Numbered from the stretch's first letter, positions 11,093 to 20,325 are shown. The stretch is DNA of 64,000 nt from Minisyncoccota bacterium (GCA_035549255.1 DASZRD010000004.1:8667-72666); one strand, 5' to 3'. The notes: a model not told the origin generated them from the sequence alone. A program made the numbers and translations.

Positions 11093-11652
11093 GTTTGGAA
11101 TATCTGCCGCAGGAGGTCGTCCAGTCGCGCATAGGTCGAGATCTGGTAGAGGTTGCCGCGGAAGACAAACCATACTTCGCGCGAGTCGCCGCCGAAGGCA
11201 TCGTTGTTGCTCTTGAAAGCGAGCCCCGTGTAATGTTCGCCGACCTCGACCGGCTGCGGGTCGAGGATCTCGAGGTCGGGCACGTCTTGGTGGATGCGGT
11301 CGGCCGTGAGCGTGTAGCTCCCTGTTGTATCCTCATCGAAGGGCGATACCGCTATCTGGATGCCGTTATCGTTCTGGTCTTGGAGCACGATAGTCTCAGG
11401 CGTGCCATCCGGGTCGCCGGGGATATCCTGCGCGGTGAAGTCGGCAGGCATTTTGAGCGAGAAGTTGTAGATAGAGTTGTCGTACTCTTTGGTGAGCGCG
11501 GGCACGACGTAGGGCGGCTGCGATGGTTGATCGCTAGAAGGAGCCCAGGATGCGGGGACCAATTTTGTCGCACCATATGCGGCAAAGCCCAAGAGTATGA
11601 GCGCTATTGCGACTAGAAAGATGGTCCGCTTTTTTCTAAATGGGTACATCAT
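11077..11652 (-). CDS. Membrane-anchored hypothetical protein (191 aa, N-terminal TM, extracytoplasmic domain)
   Basis: ORF tightly packed between the giant fibre gene and the LamG gene, with TM segment IFLVAIALILLGFAAYGA. Confidence 0.5.
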   Translation of the reverse strand: MMYPFRKKRTIFLVAIALILLGFAAYGATKLVPASWAPSSDQPSQPPYVVPALTKEYDNSIYNFSLKMPADFTAQDIPGDPDGTPETIVLQDQNDNGIQIAVSPFDEDTTGSYTLTADRIHQDVPDLEILDPQPVEVGEHYTGLAFKSNNDAFGGDSREVWFVFRGNLYQISTYARLDDLLRQIFQTWQFR

Positions 11653-11671
11653 TGTCTGTAAACGATAGCGA

Positions 11672-14600
11672 TTAATTTTGCGGAGTTGAGGAAGCGTCCG
11701 ACGAGTCGCTCGGTGCAGGGTCGCTTACGGGCGGCGTTGACGATGCGTCGGTGTCGGGCGCGGGCGGTGTCTCTACGGTGAGTGGCGTAGAGCTTGCGGT
11801 GTCGTCGCTTGAAGTAGGTGGAGTCGAGGTCGCATCATCGCTGGACGCCGTAGGCGTTGATGTCGCGTCGTCGGAAGGCGTAGGCGCAGGAGACGGGGTA
11901 CCCGCGCTCCCCTGCCCGCTTGCATTGACCATCGCAAGGAACTGCGCCTGCGTCACGCACACGCTACCAACGCACAGCTTGTCGGTGTCGACCTCCTTGG
12001 CGTGGAAGATCGTCGCGTAGAGGTCGTGGATGCCATTCTGCGCATCGCCGAGCCATGCGATGAGCGTCGCTTTGAAGTTGTCACCGAGGTTGGCTATCTG
12101 CTGTATGGCCGCGGCAAGATACGGCGTGAAGCCCGCGTAATTGAGCGTAAGGTAGCCGCTGGCGGTGTCGGTCGCTACAAGGTCGGGGAAGACTTTCTGA
12201 ACATCCTGCGCGATGAAGCCGCTATGCTCCGGCGTGCCGGTGGCCTCGGTGAGCCAGTTGTAGAAGACCGGATCGAGTGCCATTACCAAGGCGAGCGATG
12301 AAGAGGCATTGATCGACGTGATGTTGGTCTTGAGGCGCTCGTCGGAGGAGCAGCCAACCGAGCCGGATGTTGGGTTGATGGTGCACGAGCCGGTGCCGTT
12401 GGTGAAGCGCGCGACGATAGCGCCGGTCGTCGAGGTGGCGACATCGAGGAGGTACGCGGGCGCCTGGGTCCCGATACCGACGCCGAGATTATTGATATTA
12501 CCCGTGCCATCGGCCGTGCCGTAGATCGTGAGCACCGGCGATCCACCCACGTTTGCCGTGTAGCTTTCGACCGTGCCGGCCGATGCGGAAGAATCGACGG
12601 GGAGATCGGCCCAGCTTACGATGCCCGCGTCGGTGTCGAAGTTGAGCGAGCCGATCGCGAGGTTGTTGATTGATGTAATGCCGCTGTTGAGGTTGTAGAC
12701 CAGATTGCCATTGCCGACATTCAATCCCCCGGAGATAGTCGAGGTTGCGGTAGTAGAAGTGGCGTTAATGGTAGCGCCGACAATATCGCCAGCTACTGAA
12801 AGTCTTGCATAGGGAGAGGTAGTGCCAATGCCTAGGTTGCCGGTTGCTAAAAGATTAACAAGCTGATCGTTGGAATAGAAGCCCCACGTGAGCGCGTTAC
12901 TTGATGAGCCGCTTGAGGAATATTTGAAGCCCATATAGCCGCTGTTGTTAAGTGCCGCATTCACTCCGGTAAGCTGCGTCAACAGGATATGGCCGGTCGT
13001 GAGATTCGGTGCAAGCACTACTCCGCCCCATACATACGTCGTGTCATTGGTAAGAGTCATGTTGAGGAGTCCGGGTCCGACGCTTGCATTGCCCGAACTT
13101 CCGCTTATCGAGAGCGACGCGATGGGACTCGTCGTGCCGATGCCAACATTGCTGCCAAAGTACGCAGTACCTGTCGTTGTGGCACCGCCTGAAATAGTGA
13201 GGCCGCCCTGCTGCGTGCCATCGCCTATCGTCGTTGAGGCATAGAGGTTAAGCGATCCGCCGCCGGCCGCGAGACAGGTGCCATTTATCGCATAACAGCC
13301 GCTCGTGATGTTGATGCCGTTGGCGACGGTGGCTGAACCAGTTTGATCTATCGAGAAGAGCGACGAGCCGCTCGTCGAGGCGATGGTGAACGGATTATAG
13401 CCCGCGGTGCCGAGTATGCTAAGCGATGCTGCAGGCGACGTCGTGCCGATGCCGACGCGGAGGTTCTGCACTCCGCCAGTGCCATTGCTCTCGCCGTAGA
13501 CGGTGAGCACCGACGTGTCGCCGATATTGATCGATTGCGATTGTATGACGCCTGCCGCGGCGCCGCTGTCGACCGGAATGTTAGAGAGTGCCACCACGCC
13601 CGCGTCGGTGTCGAAGGAGAGATTGCCTATCGAGAGGTTGCTGATGGTCGTCGTGCCGCTTGAGGAGTCAACGGTGAAGGCGTTGGAGCCGTTGGCGCCG
13701 ACGGAGAAGACGCCGCTGTTTGAGACCGTGAGAATGGAAGTCGAGGCAGAGTTGGCAACCTCGAGCGCGTTGCCCGCAGTCGATGAGCCGCCCCATACCG
13801 TGAGCTTGGCATAGGGCGAAGAGGTACCAACACCTACATTGCCGGACGACTTGATAACGAATTGCGGATTGATCGAATTATCTTCAACCGAGAGATAATC
13901 CCCCGAGCCGGTGCCATTCTTGCGCACGATCAATCCCGTCGAGTTATTGAAATTATTGAATACGTTCACTCCTGCCTGTCCGCTAGCCGCCGTAAGAACC
14001 GAGTTAGAGTTGCTGAGATATAATGCCGATGTCCCCGACAATTGAAGGGTCCCGTTCGCGGAGAAAAAGCTGCTAATGCTCGCCGAAGGCAGCCTACCGA
14101 TCCCCACGTTGCCCAGGGTATCGATCGTAAAGAGCGTCTTAGTGGAAGAGCCGATCACGAATGCAGGGCCCGAGATGCCGTTGGGGTTTACCGAGAGCTG
14201 CGCCCACGGCGAGGTGGTGCCGATGCCGAAGCTGCCGTCGGCGGTGAGGCGAGCCTTCTCCGTATTATTGGTGAAGAATCCTATCGGATGATTTGAGAAG
14301 TTGCCGATATAGAAGCCTGGCGTGCCCAAGGGGCCGGTGCCGAGGCCGTCGGCATAGAATTGCGAGGCGACTGCTTGGTTATCCGCATAGAGGATCGCCC
14401 CCGCGTAGGACTGGCCGCTCGTGTTGGTATTCGAGAGCGTATAGCGCACGCCGCGCGAATTGTTAACGCTCTTCTGAGCGAAAAGGGTTTCAAGAGGATC
14501 ATATCCGCCGATATCTATGTTGCCGCCGAAGTATGCGTTCCCGGTCGTTGTGGCGCCGCCGCTTATCGTGAGGCCGCCCGCCGGCGCGCCGTCGCCAATA

Positions 14601-16480
14601 GTGGTCGAGGCGTAAAGATTGACTGAGCCTCCGCCGCCAATGATCCCAAGGCTCGATGTGGAAACGTTGACCCACTTGCTGCCGTCGTATTGGAGCAGGT
14701 CGCCCCATGCGGGCGAAGAGGCATCGACATCGGTGAGCGCGGAGAGTGCCGAAGCGCCGCCAGTGCTTGAGCCGTTGAAGGTGGAGTTGGTGATAGTCGC
14801 ATTAGTGATCGTGACGCCGCTCAAATTGCTCACAATCTGGCTGAGCGCCACGTTGTTGGTGTAGCCGCCGGTCGAGTATTGCCCGTAATCTATCGTGCTC
14901 CCCTGCGGCTGCACCGAGCCCGCATTCTGGTAGATCAGGCTGCGGAGGTTGTTGTTCAATTGGCTCAGCTGGTCGGCAAGCGAAGATTGCGTAACGTAGT
15001 TGGAAGCGAGGAATTGTGTGGAGGGCGCCGGCACAATAGCTGCCGGAGCGGATTGCACGGGCTGCGCATTCTTTATTGCCGGAGAATGAGCATCTTCGCC
15101 TTGCGACAGGGCAGCCATGTCTGCGCCCGGAGCGCTTTGGACAGGCACAACAACGGTCGTAGTGGGGTTGCCTTGAGGCGCTATGGCAAGATCCGGCTGA
15201 GCGGGAGCAAAGATGCTGTTCCACCAATCGCCCACTGCGTTCCAAACCGATGCCGTGTTGCCCTGTGCAATCGCGATACGTGGCAGGGACATATGCGAAG
15301 GAACGTCGCTTACATATGCGAGCGACGCTGCGGCAGCATCGGATGCGTTTTGCGCGACCGAGAGGCTTCCCTCAAGCCAGAAGCCGAGCGCCGCTGCGCC
15401 GGCGTTTACTTGCGTCGTAACGCCGTCGGCAAGCGTTTGATACATATGCGCTTGCGCATCGCCCATCGCATCGGCCCACGCAACGAACGCATTGCCGATG
15501 TTGTAATACAGGGCCGCTTGGGTGTCGGCCATCGCGTTGCCTGCCGATTGCAAGGCGTAGTACGTACCGGCAGTCTCCTGCACCATGGCGCTCGTCATAT
15601 CGCGCATGAACGCAAGCGGGACCGAGGCGATACTGCGTGCGAGCGGCCGCGCGCCGTCATTCCAAAAGGCTACCGCGCGCGCAGAGCTTTGCAGGTCGGT
15701 CGTCACCGCGTCGCCGAGCGCCGCGTAGATGCCTGCCTGCGCGTCGCTCATGTCGTCGGCCCAATCGACGAAGTTCCGAGTGAATGAAAATTCAATCTCA
15801 GTCTGCGCGGCAAGCGCGACATTCACAGCGTTAGTGATCAAGCCATAGCCAACAGATGCCGCTTGCGTATCGAGGGCGACGCGATCCTGAATATTCCTAG
15901 ACAGGGCGAGCGGGACTGCGGCAACTAAGTTCGCCCCGCTTGCAAAATTCTCAAGGGTCAGGGTTTGAGACATGTCGGCACGCGCCGCGGCAAGCACCGC
16001 AGCGGCATTATCGCGCGGCAGCGGGGCAGCAGCCATCAGAGGCACGACTTCGATGCTCTTATACGACGCCGGCTGTCGATACGCATCGGCCAGCACTGAG
16101 AGCGGAAGTGATTGCGCAAACGAGAGCGCCCAGGCGCCTACGAAGATGATGAGCACCGCGAGCGGAGCGAGCGCGTTGTAGCGGAAGAACGGCGAGAAGT
16201 TGTTCGCCTGCTTTTTCTTTTTTGGCTTGCGCTCCGGCGCCACCGACTGATATTCACGCTTAAGGTCCTCGGAGAGCTGGGTCTTCCGGGCCTCCTTAAT
16301 ATTTTTCATCTCCCGAAGGTACTTCTCCAGAGACCACGCGCTCACGTACCACGTGCGGCCTCTGAGCTCCCCTTCCACTTTGCCGCGACGGCATAGCAGG
16401 GTTACGTAATCGCCGGTTACGCCGAAGAGCTTGGCCGCTTCGGCCGAGGGGATTTTATTCTTCTCAAAATCTTGTTCCAT
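11672..16480 (-). CDS. Giant (1602 aa) chimeric cell-surface fibre protein: N-terminal HTH (excisionase/HTH_17-like), one TM, tail-fibre-like repeat shaft, Peptidase S74 intramolecular chaperone domain, C-terminal Ser/Thr/Pro tandem repeats
   Basis: HTH region AEAAKLFGVTGDYVTLLCRRGKVEGELRGRTWYVSAWSLEKYL. TM segment FFRYNALAPLAVLIIFVGAWALSFA. At least 5 copies of G(N)(V/L)GIGTTSP.A.LS(V/I). S74-like SSDERLKTNITSI...GFIAQDVQKVFPDLV...AAIQQI. Confidence 0.8.
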   Translation of the reverse strand: MEQDFEKNKIPSAEAAKLFGVTGDYVTLLCRRGKVEGELRGRTWYVSAWSLEKYLREMKNIKEARKTQLSEDLKREYQSVAPERKPKKKKQANNFSPFFRYNALAPLAVLIIFVGAWALSFAQSLPLSVLADAYRQPASYKSIEVVPLMAAAPLPRDNAAAVLAAARADMSQTLTLENFASGANLVAAVPLALSRNIQDRVALDTQAASVGYGLITNAVNVALAAQTEIEFSFTRNFVDWADDMSDAQAGIYAALGDAVTTDLQSSARAVAFWNDGARPLARSIASVPLAFMRDMTSAMVQETAGTYYALQSAGNAMADTQAALYYNIGNAFVAWADAMGDAQAHMYQTLADGVTTQVNAGAAALGFWLEGSLSVAQNASDAAAASLAYVSDVPSHMSLPRIAIAQGNTASVWNAVGDWWNSIFAPAQPDLAIAPQGNPTTTVVVPVQSAPGADMAALSQGEDAHSPAIKNAQPVQSAPAAIVPAPSTQFLASNYVTQSSLADQLSQLNNNLRSLIYQNAGSVQPQGSTIDYGQYSTGGYTNNVALSQIVSNLSGVTITNATITNSTFNGSSTGGASALSALTDVDASSPAWGDLLQYDGSKWVNVSTSSLGIIGGGGSVNLYASTTIGDGAPAGGLTISGGATTTGNAYFGGNIDIGGYDPLETLFAQKSVNNSRGVRYTLSNTNTSGQSYAGAILYADNQAVASQFYADGLGTGPLGTPGFYIGNFSNHPIGFFTNNTEKARLTADGSFGIGTTSPWAQLSVNPNGISGPAFVIGSSTKTLFTIDTLGNVGIGRLPSASISSFFSANGTLQLSGTSALYLSNSNSVLTAASGQAGVNVFNNFNNSTGLIVRKNGTGSGDYLSVEDNSINPQFVIKSSGNVGVGTSSPYAKLTVWGGSSTAGNALEVANSASTSILTVSNSGVFSVGANGSNAFTVDSSSGTTTISNLSIGNLSFDTDAGVVALSNIPVDSGAAAGVIQSQSINIGDTSVLTVYGESNGTGGVQNLRVGIGTTSPAASLSILGTAGYNPFTIASTSGSSLFSIDQTGSATVANGINITSGCYAINGTCLAAGGGSLNLYASTTIGDGTQQGGLTISGGATTTGTAYFGSNVGIGTTSPIASLSISGSSGNASVGPGLLNMTLTNDTTYVWGGVVLAPNLTTGHILLTQLTGVNAALNNSGYMGFKYSSSGSSSNALTWGFYSNDQLVNLLATGNLGIGTTSPYARLSVAGDIVGATINATSTTATSTISGGLNVGNGNLVYNLNSGITSINNLAIGSLNFDTDAGIVSWADLPVDSSASAGTVESYTANVGGSPVLTIYGTADGTGNINNLGVGIGTQAPAYLLDVATSTTGAIVARFTNGTGSCTINPTSGSVGCSSDERLKTNITSINASSSLALVMALDPVFYNWLTEATGTPEHSGFIAQDVQKVFPDLVATDTASGYLTLNYAGFTPYLAAAIQQIANLGDNFKATLIAWLGDAQNGIHDLYATIFHAKEVDTDKLCVGSVCVTQAQFLAMVNASGQGSAGTPSPAPTPSDDATSTPTASSDDATSTPPTSSDDTASSTPLTVETPPAPDTDASSTPPVSDPAPSDSSDASSTPQN
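11675..11905 (-). repeat. In-frame tandem repeats (~33-nt units) encoding an SDDATSTP(T/P)(A/T)S low-complexity tail
   Basis: Protein tail PSDDATSTPTASSDDATSTPPTSSDDTASSTP... Direct DNA repeats are visible at about 11780..11890. Confidence 0.5.
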
Positions 16481-16510
16481 GGCGCTTGGCGAAATAGCGA
16501 GACGCAGAAA

Positions 16511-16537
16511 GGGCAGATCGCCGATTGCGATCTGCCC
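16511..16537. promoter_or_regulatory. Perfect 11-bp-arm inverted repeat (GGGCAGATCGC-cgatt-GCGATCTGCCC) in the 5' leader of the giant gene
   Basis: Seen directly, 31-57 nt upstream of the ATG at 16480. Candidate operator or RNA hairpin. Confidence 0.35.
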
Positions 16538-16689
16538 TGTTGCTTATCAGCATACTGCCGAACGCGCAGGAGGCACAACAATAAAAATGTCGGCTCTGTG
16601 GATAGCTGGCGAAATAACCTTTCTATATATAGAGGCGACAGGAAAGAAGTTTGAAGGAGGCTCCGCAGCGCGACGGCGCGAGGACCGAG

Positions 16690-16711
16690 CAAATTTTCAG
16701 CAGAAAATTTG
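16690..16711. promoter_or_regulatory. AT-rich perfect inverted repeat CAAATTTTC-agca-GAAAATTTG upstream of the giant gene
   Basis: Seen directly in the 16481..16789 intergenic region. Confidence 0.3.
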
Positions 16712-16789
16712 TGTACTCCTGAGAACTTGCTTTCCTGTTGCCTCTAAAAGAGGCTCTAAAATATAGTGATATCGGCTATGCGAGGTAGC

Positions 16790-18625
16790 CTACTCGGACT
16801 TTACCATCTTGAGGAAGACCTCCTCCGGGATGTTCACGTGGCCGGCGGCCTTCATGCGCGCCTTGCCCTCCTTCTGCTTCTTCCAGAGCTTCATCTTGCG
16901 GGTGCGGTCGCCGCCGTACATATGCTGGGTGACATTCTTGCTCATGGCCGGGAGGGTCTTCGACGAGAGGATACGGCCGAGTGCCACGGCCTGGATCTTG
17001 GTCGCGAACATCTGCCGCGGCAAGATAGTGTACAGCTTCTCGACCGCTGACTTGCCTTCGTCGTAGGCCTTGCCCGCTGCGACGATGCGGGTGAAGGCAG
17101 GCACCAAATCTTCGGCGACAAGAAGGTCGAGGCGCGCGACGTCGGCCTCGCGGAGTTCGCGCATTTCGTACGACACCGAGGCGTAGCCGCTGGATAAGCT
17201 TTTTACCTTATCGAAGAAGTTGCGCATGAGCTCGCGCAGCGGCATCACGACGCGCACGATCATCCTTCCTTCCGAAAATATTTCAGTCGACTCGACGACG
17301 CCCTCGTGCTCGTAGAGGAGCGGCATCAAAGAGCCTACCTGCTCCGCGGGCAAGAGGATTTCCGCGCACACGTATGGCTCCCAAACTTTCGTGATGATGC
17401 CATACTCGGGGAATGCCGATGGCGAGTAGATAGTATGTCGCTTACCATCCTCGGTCTCCACCTCATACGTGATGGTCGGCGTCGTGACGATAAGCGCGAG
17501 GCGGCCCTCGCGGCGCAAGCGCTCGGTGACGATCTCGAGGTGGAGCATGCCGAGGAGCCCGCAGCGGTAGCCGCGGCCAAGCACGCCGGATGATTCTTCC
17601 TCAAACGAGAGCGCCGAGTCGCTGAGGCGCAGACGCTCAAGCGCCGCGCGCAGCTGCGGGAAATCGTCCTGCGACTCGGGATAGATACTCGCCCACACGA
17701 CGGGTTTTGGCTCAGCATAGCCGGAAAGAGGAAGCGTCTTGCTCCCCCGCGTGCGGATCGTGTCGCCGACGCGCGCAAAGCCCGCCTCCTTGATGCCGGT
17801 CACGACATAACCGATCGATCCTTCGCTAAGATGCGCGGCGGCCTTGGGCTTCGGAGAAAATGTGCCAGCCTCGAGCGCGACGAACTTCTTGCCGCTTGCG
17901 GCAAACTCGAGCTCCATCCCCTTCTCAATCTTCCCCTCGAACATGCGCAGATACACGATCACGCCCTGATGATCGGAATATTGAAAGTCGAACACGAGCG
18001 ACCGAACATCAGAATCTTGCCTCACAAAAGTCCTCGGGGAGCTTCCCAGACTATTTGCTCGGTCAAGGTTCTGATGTTCGGGAGGCGGCACGCGCTCAAT
18101 AACCGTATCGAGAAGTTTGTCGACGCCCTCGCCCGTACGGCCCGAGCATAAGATTATGGAATCTTCTGAGATATCGAGTAGCTTTGCCATCTGAGTCTTT
18201 ACCCGCTCCACTTCCGCAAGCGGCGAGTCGATCTTGGAGATCGCCGGCACGATGACAAGGCCCTGCTCGCGGGCGCTGCGCAGCGTGGTAAGCGTCTGCG
18301 CCTGCACGCCCTGCGTCGCGTCAACGAGCAATATCGCGCCCTCGACCGCCGAGAGAGCGCGCGACACCTCGTAAGAGAAATCGATGTGCCCTGGCGTGTC
18401 GATCAGGTTAAGCTCGTAGCGCGTACCGCCTTTTTCATACTGCATGCGGACGGGCTGCATCTTGATCGTGATGCCGCGCTCGCGCTCAAGCTCCATCGAG
18501 TCGAGCACCTGCTCGCGCATGAGGCGCTTCTCGATCGTCCCCGTACGCTCAAGAAAACGATCGGCAAGCGTAGACTTGCCGTGATCAATATGCGCAATGA
18601 TGGAAAAATTCCGTATGTGATGCAT
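16790..18625 (-). CDS. lepA: Elongation factor 4 (LepA)
   Basis: N-terminus MHHIRNFSIIAHIDHGKSTLADR and the LepA-specific C-terminal domain. Confidence 0.9.
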   Translation of the reverse strand: MHHIRNFSIIAHIDHGKSTLADRFLERTGTIEKRLMREQVLDSMELERERGITIKMQPVRMQYEKGGTRYELNLIDTPGHIDFSYEVSRALSAVEGAILLVDATQGVQAQTLTTLRSAREQGLVIVPAISKIDSPLAEVERVKTQMAKLLDISEDSIILCSGRTGEGVDKLLDTVIERVPPPEHQNLDRANSLGSSPRTFVRQDSDVRSLVFDFQYSDHQGVIVYLRMFEGKIEKGMELEFAASGKKFVALEAGTFSPKPKAAAHLSEGSIGYVVTGIKEAGFARVGDTIRTRGSKTLPLSGYAEPKPVVWASIYPESQDDFPQLRAALERLRLSDSALSFEEESSGVLGRGYRCGLLGMLHLEIVTERLRREGRLALIVTTPTITYEVETEDGKRHTIYSPSAFPEYGIITKVWEPYVCAEILLPAEQVGSLMPLLYEHEGVVESTEIFSEGRMIVRVVMPLRELMRNFFDKVKSLSSGYASVSYEMRELREADVARLDLLVAEDLVPAFTRIVAAGKAYDEGKSAVEKLYTILPRQMFATKIQAVALGRILSSKTLPAMSKNVTQHMYGGDRTRKMKLWKKQKEGKARMKAAGHVNIPEEVFLKMVKSE

Positions 18626-18630
18626 GAGGA

Positions 18631-20316
18631 TTACGAGACATCGGACGGCTCGACCGCGATATGCTGCGCGGTCCTTCCAAGACGCCTGCCTAGAGCGCTT
18701 ACGATTTCAGCGAGCTCGCGGCTCTGCAAGAGCGCCAGCACGAGCGCGGTGGCGAAAAGCCCCACCACCCCGGCGGCAGCGCCTTGCGAGACGATGCCGA
18801 CGACGGTGGTCGTGTCCACCAGAGGACCGAAGAACGTAAGCGTCGCGTATGCGCAGGCCCCCCCGACAATAGACGAACTGAAGCTCTGGAAGAACAGCCT
18901 CCCCAAGCCCCAGGTCGGCATCGAAAAGTCTCGCGCCAGCAGTATAACCCCTACGAGGCATTGCACAATAGCGCCCAGCGAGTCGCCAAGCGCAAGCATC
19001 AAGACCGAGGTCCCCGGTACGCCGTCAACGCGCAGCAAGGACTCAATGAAGGAGCTAAAATTCTGACTCTGTATAAAGAGTAAAAGTAGTCCAAGCGAAG
19101 AAGCCAGCGAGATGACGATGTCGAGCAAGGCGAGCATGAGCGGTGTCTTCGTGTTGCCCGCCGCATAGTACGCACGCGCAATAAGCAGCACGAGCGATTG
19201 CGCCAGAAAGCCGACCATGAAGAGCGCCAGCGCCGCGGCAGTGAGGCGCGTCGCGGACCAGTCGAACGCTCCCGCACCCAGTATTGCGCGCACGATGTAG
19301 GCACGCAGAACGATCACCAGCACCGTCGCGGGCAGGGACCAGAAGATAATATGCCGCAGCGCGGTCTCAATATGGCTCACGAACTCGTGCTTTTGCCCTC
19401 CGGCGAAGAACCGCGAGAGCGTCGGGAACGCGGCAACGGAATACGAGACGCCGATGATCGCGATCGGCACGGCCTGAAGATTGGAGGCGAAGGTGAAGAC
19501 CGATATCGATCCTACCGAAAGAAACGAAGCTAGGGCGATGATGCCGAGCAGCACCAGTTGGTTGGCAGAGAGCGAGAGCGTGCGCGGGATCGAGAGCGCG
19601 AGCACCTCGCGCACTATCGGCAGGACCCGGCGCAGCGGGAGACGGCCCTCGGCCTTCTCGCTGAAGAAGAACGGCGCTTGCACAAGTGCGTGCATTGCCG
19701 CACCCAAGACGACGCCCCATCCCAGCCCCGCGATGCCGAAGCGCGGGTAGAAGAAGAGCACTCCGCAGATGATGCCCACATTGTAGAGCAGCGGGCTTAT
19801 GGAGTAGAGCAGGAACCGATGCCGCAGCTGGGTGAGATTCGCAAAGAGGTTGGACAACCCCAGAAGGATCGGCTGGAGCAGGAGGATGCGCGTGAGCATG
19901 ACCAGCGTGTCAGCGTCGCCATGGACGAAGCCGGGCGCGATGAAGGCGATGATTTGCGGCGCCAGGAGCCATGCCGCGCCGCACACTGCCCCCATCCCCA
20001 GGAAGAAGATGAGGAGCGAGTCGCGCAGGAATGCGACGCCCTGCCCCGCGCGCTCCGCCTCGAGCCGCGAGAGGACCGGCAGGAGCGCGTAGAGCGACAG
20101 GAGCGATGCAACGGTCGCGAAGAGGAAATCGGGTATGCGGAAGGCCGCGTAGTAGAGGTCGAGCGTGTGCCCCGCGCCAAACGCGGAGGCCAGCAGGCGG
20201 TCGCGGATGAGCGCGAGCGCCTGCGAGCCGAGCGCGAAACCCGCCAGAAGGTAGGCTGCCTGATGCATCCCCTTCACTTCTTTTGTCATTAGGGCTGCGA
20301 GGAAGGAGCGCACCAT
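18631..20316 (-). CDS. murJ: Lipid II flippase MurJ (MviN)
   Basis: 14-TM protein with conserved MurJ N-terminal region (DAYYAAFRIPDFLFATVASLLSLYALLPVLS-like). Alternative start at MTKEV. Confidence 0.8.
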   Translation of the reverse strand: MVRSFLAALMTKEVKGMHQAAYLLAGFALGSQALALIRDRLLASAFGAGHTLDLYYAAFRIPDFLFATVASLLSLYALLPVLSRLEAERAGQGVAFLRDSLLIFFLGMGAVCGAAWLLAPQIIAFIAPGFVHGDADTLVMLTRILLLQPILLGLSNLFANLTQLRHRFLLYSISPLLYNVGIICGVLFFYPRFGIAGLGWGVVLGAAMHALVQAPFFFSEKAEGRLPLRRVLPIVREVLALSIPRTLSLSANQLVLLGIIALASFLSVGSISVFTFASNLQAVPIAIIGVSYSVAAFPTLSRFFAGGQKHEFVSHIETALRHIIFWSLPATVLVIVLRAYIVRAILGAGAFDWSATRLTAAALALFMVGFLAQSLVLLIARAYYAAGNTKTPLMLALLDIVISLASSLGLLLLFIQSQNFSSFIESLLRVDGVPGTSVLMLALGDSLGAIVQCLVGVILLARDFSMPTWGLGRLFFQSFSSSIVGGACAYATLTFFGPLVDTTTVVGIVSQGAAAGVVGLFATALVLALLQSRELAEIVSALGRRLGRTAQHIAVEPSDVS

Positions 20317-20325
20317 AGGCGTTGG

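Noticed and set aside
11751-16396. Many plus-strand ORFs (e.g. 14879..15787, 12002..12301, 13343..13663) inside the giant minus-strand gene
   Set aside because: Arg/Ala/Gly-rich nonsense products. The minus frame has coherent domain architecture and repeats.
6879-16480. Intact prophage hypothesis for the S74 / tail-fibre / LamG block
   Set aside because: No capsid, terminase, portal, integrase or other phage genes in 64 kb. Flanks are housekeeping (lepA, tRNAs). Interpreted as a cellular or domesticated locus.
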